This document shows, piece by piece, positions 60,927-64,000 of a stretch of 64,000 nucleotides of DNA (position 1 is the first letter of the stretch; every line of letters begins with the position of its first letter). The position numbers and the translations under genes were made by a program. The notes under the pieces were generated by a model. It was not told the origin of the DNA. It saw nothing but the letters and a program-made list of their open reading frames with translations, and did no database searches. The stretch is from Azolla caroliniana. Its lineage: Eukaryota > Plantae > Polypodiophyta. Where the stretch lies: assembly GCA_043228905.1 (NCBI GenBank), contig JBHGNT010000016.1, positions 7,626,001 through 7,690,000 on the forward strand, given 5' to 3'.

Positions 60927-60957
<31 letters not shown>

Positions 60958-61225
60958 TCTCTCTGTGTGTCTATGTTTGCTCCTTGCACGTTATAAACAC
61001 GAAGCCCATCAAGGAGAGAGTAACGAAATCGCCTACATCTCTCTCTCACTCTCTCTCTCTCTCTCATTTTCGTAGTCTTTTTTTCCCTTGGCCACATTCG
61101 TTCTCCTCTTTCCTCACTTCTTCTTCTTCTTCCTTGTTCTTCGCCGCCCTTTGACAACTCCATTTTCTTCGTCTTTTTCGTCGGCACTCTTTCTCATCTC
61201 TTCTTCTTCTTCTTCTTCTTCTTCT
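60668..61225 (+). promoter_or_regulatory. Microsatellite-rich putative promoter/5' UTR of KCS
   Basis: (TATG)n, (CA)n, (CACACT)n, (CT)n and (CTT)n tracts. TATAAA at ~60992 is followed by pyrimidine-rich sequence typical of plant 5' UTRs. Confidence 0.45.
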
Positions 61226-61634
61226 GTCTTTGCTCTCCTTTATCAATAACTCACACTTCCGCCAAAATTCCCCCCCCCCCCTCTCCTCCGCTTCTTTCCA
61301 AATTAGGGTTTTTTCTTTCTTCTGAATTAGAGTGTTTTTTTTTGGGGGGGGGAGGGGGAGGGGGTCTATTTGTAAATTAAGGTCTTTGGGAGTGCCTTTG
61401 TAAAATCAGCGGGGTGGTTGTGTTTTCTCTTTTCTGAAGGGGAAGGGACTCTTTGTAAATTCAGGGATTTATTATTATATTTTTTTTACTGTTATCATAA
61501 AGATTAGGGTTTTGTCTGAGGGTTTTCTTTTCTTTTCGAGGAGGAGGAAGGAGGAGGGGGGGTTGTGCAGGGAGAGAGAGAGAAATCGTTTTTGATCTTT
61601 AACATTCTCAAAGAAGCATCGTCAGTTTCTGAGC

Positions 61635-63368
61635 ATGAAGGAATCAGGAGTGCTCAAGGAGGAATCCATGAACGAAGCGTCACCGACAGTAGAAGGAGAA
61701 AGAGGAGGAGCAGAAGCAGAAGCAGAAGCAGAAGAAGGAGGAGGAGGAGGAGGAGGAGGAGGAGGAAGGAGAGGAAGGAGAAGAGAGGAGAGATCATCAT
61801 CTGTCCAACAAACCAATGGCATTAACAATAACACAAGGACAACAGCAGCAGGAACAGGAACAGGAACAGGAACAGGTAGCAGGAGGCTACCAGATTTCCT
61901 GCAGAGCGTGAACCTAAAGTATGTGAAGCTAGGGTACCACTACCTGATCACCCACCTCTTGACTCTGCTTTTGGTGCCAGTGATGATGGGCATCCTGGTG
62001 GAGGTGTGCAGGCTAAGCTATCAAGATTTGATGGCACTGTGGGAGCACCTCCAATACAATCTGGTGAGTGTTCTGCTGTGCTCCACAGTGCTGGTCTTTG
62101 TGGTGACCATGTATGTCATGTCGCGGCCGAGGAGCGTGTACCTCATCGACTACGCGTGCTACCGCCCCCCCACCAACGAATTCACAGTCCCCTTCTCGCT
62201 CTTCATGCGCCAGTCGGAGCGGTCCGCCTCCTTCGACCCCAAGAGCCTCGAGTTCCAGAAGAAGATCCTCGAGAGGTCGGGCTTAGGCCAAGAGACCTAC
62301 CTCCCGCCCGGCATGCACGAGCACCCTCCCAAGCTCACCATGGCGGCCGCACGCGCCGAGGCCGAGGAGGTCATGTTCGGCGCGCTCGACACTCTGATGG
62401 CCAAGACGAAGCTCAATCCCAAGGACATCGGCGTGCTCGTCGTCAATTGTAGCCTCTTCAACCCGACCCCTTCGCTGTCCGCGATGATTGTGAACAAGTA
62501 CAAGCTACGGGGCAATGTCCGGAGCTACAACCTCGGGGGCATGGGGTGCTCCGCTGGGGTCATCGCCATCGACTTGGCCCGGGACCTCCTCCAAGTCCAC
62601 GGCGGGAGCTACGCGGTGGTGGTCAGCACCGAGAACATCACCCAGAACTGGTACTTCGGCAATGACAGGTCCATGCTCATCCCCAATTGCTTGTTCCGCG
62701 TGGGCGGGGCGGCCGTGCTCCTGTCCAACAAGCGGGCGGAGCGTGCACGCTCCAAGTATGAACTCATCCACACGGTCCGCACCCACAAAGGCGCGGACGA
62801 CAAGGCCTTCCGCTGCGTTTACCAGCAGCAGGACGAGGCGGGCGAGGTCGGCGTCTCGCTCTCGAAAGAGCTCATGGCCATCGCGGGCAACGCGCTCAAG
62901 ACCAACATCACCACGCTCGGCCCCCTCGTGCTCCCCGTGTCCGAGCAGCTCCTCTTCTTCGCCAACCTCGTGGCCCGTAAAGTCTTGAGCATGAAGACCA
63001 AGCCCTACATCCCCGATTTCAACCTCGCGTTTGAGCACTTCTGTGTCCATGCCGGTGGCCGGGCGGTCATCGATGAGCTCGAGAAGAACTTGAACCTCTC
63101 GGGCCGCCACGTGGAGGCCTCCAGGATGACCCTCCATCGCTTTGGGAATACCTCATCCTCCTCGATATGGTATGAGCTGGCCTATACCGAAGCCAAAGGA
63201 CGGATGCGTCGGGGAGATCGGATCTGGCAAATCGCGTTCGGTAGCGGATTCAAGTGTAATAGTGCCGTGTGGCGCGCCCTTCGTAATGTGAAACCGCAAC
63301 CGGACAACCCGTGGGCCGATTGCATTGACTCATACCCCGTCATTATTCCCGATGTGGTCAAGGTTTGA
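61635..63368 (+). CDS. KCS: 3-ketoacyl-CoA synthase (FAE1-type very-long-chain fatty acid elongase condensing enzyme), uninterrupted CDS, 577 aa
   Basis: [20 protein letters not shown], two hydrophobic N-terminal helices, [10 protein letters not shown], catalytic [39 protein letters not shown]. Confidence 0.97.
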   Translation: MKESGVLKEESMNEASPTVEGERGGAEAEAEAEEGGGGGGGGGGRRGRRREERSSSVQQTNGINNNTRTTAAGTGTGTGTGSRRLPDFLQSVNLKYVKLGYHYLITHLLTLLLVPVMMGILVEVCRLSYQDLMALWEHLQYNLVSVLLCSTVLVFVVTMYVMSRPRSVYLIDYACYRPPTNEFTVPFSLFMRQSERSASFDPKSLEFQKKILERSGLGQETYLPPGMHEHPPKLTMAAARAEAEEVMFGALDTLMAKTKLNPKDIGVLVVNCSLFNPTPSLSAMIVNKYKLRGNVRSYNLGGMGCSAGVIAIDLARDLLQVHGGSYAVVVSTENITQNWYFGNDRSMLIPNCLFRVGGAAVLLSNKRAERARSKYELIHTVRTHKGADDKAFRCVYQQQDEAGEVGVSLSKELMAIAGNALKTNITTLGPLVLPVSEQLLFFANLVARKVLSMKTKPYIPDFNLAFEHFCVHAGGRAVIDELEKNLNLSGRHVEASRMTLHRFGNTSSSSIWYELAYTEAKGRMRRGDRIWQIAFGSGFKCNSAVWRALRNVKPQPDNPWADCIDSYPVIIPDVVKV

Positions 63369-64000
63369 TCGGTCCAATTCGTTAACTTCAACGTGAAGTT
63401 CCCCTTGCGAATTTCCCCTTTCTTTTCCACCTATTTGGTTCTATTTTTTTTTTTTTAACCTTTCTACCATCAATAACCATTGTAAGCTCCCAAACCTTTT
63501 GCATCTTTTAACTTCATTCATGTTATGACAATATTCATTTCACATGCTTAATTCATTTTTTTGTTGCATGTTATGACCATATATTCATGGCCTTGGAAAG
63601 GAACATTCTTTGGATTTAGCACATTAAGAATAATACCATCAAAGATCTATATAAGCTTATGTACATATAGTGTTCGATTCCCATTCTTATCACCTTATCC
63701 CTTGTTTCAATTGTTGATCCATGTGCTTACAAATATAATAAAACATCATAGGTTATTCCTAGCCAATTGGGATGCATTAAACGTGTGTTGATGATTGATA
63801 TATAGCCACAGATTGCAATAGTCTTTAGCTAGATATTGTCTTAGTGCTCACTTAATAGGTTCTATATTGATTCATGGACATTCAAAATATATAGCTTCCT
63901 TACTAACATATCATGTATAGATGTGCATGTGTTTGAATGCAATTGTAACAATGTGAATCCTGACTTAGTTGCGATTATCCTTTAAAATGGAAATTTAAAC

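Noticed and set aside
60105-61246. His/Thr/Cys/Val-rich ORFs
   Set aside because: Microsatellite translations in all frames.
62505-63137. Antisense and alternate-frame ORFs over KCS
   Set aside because: Expected shadows of a GC3-rich CDS; no recognisable motifs.

Overview
Eukaryotic, land-plant-type DNA. The element types suggest a non-seed plant such as a fern, but that is inference. Bases 1-54,200 are a deeply nested pile of LTR retrotransposons that I resolved by hand from LTR termini, target-site duplications (TSDs), primer-binding sites (PBS) and polypurine tracts (PPT). It holds three Tcn1/Tf1-sushi-like chromoviruses, one fully intact at 26183-31982. It also holds three members of a tRNA-Trp-primed non-chromovirus Ty3/gypsy group (one a young gag-only element), one Athila/Tat-like element, and several Ty1/copia elements and solo LTRs. 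Bases ~54,200-60,000 are AT-rich with a 412-bp tandem duplication. A microsatellite-rich upstream region then leads to the only host gene, a 3-ketoacyl-CoA synthase (KCS, 61635-63368, uninterrupted CDS). Most notable: (1) a tRNA-like RNA polymerase III A-box/B-box module at canonical spacing, antisense in U3 of eight LTR copies from two different gypsy lineages; (2) Tf1-style self-priming in the chromoviruses, with a compensatory base change; (3) 4-bp CpG-centred target sites (ACGT, GCGC) for the Trp-primed group; (4) two different conserved -1 frameshift signals; (5) a probable inversion breakpoint at 7662/7663. Coordinates and mismatch counts were read by eye and may be off by a few bases. 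Clade names are provisional without a phylogeny.
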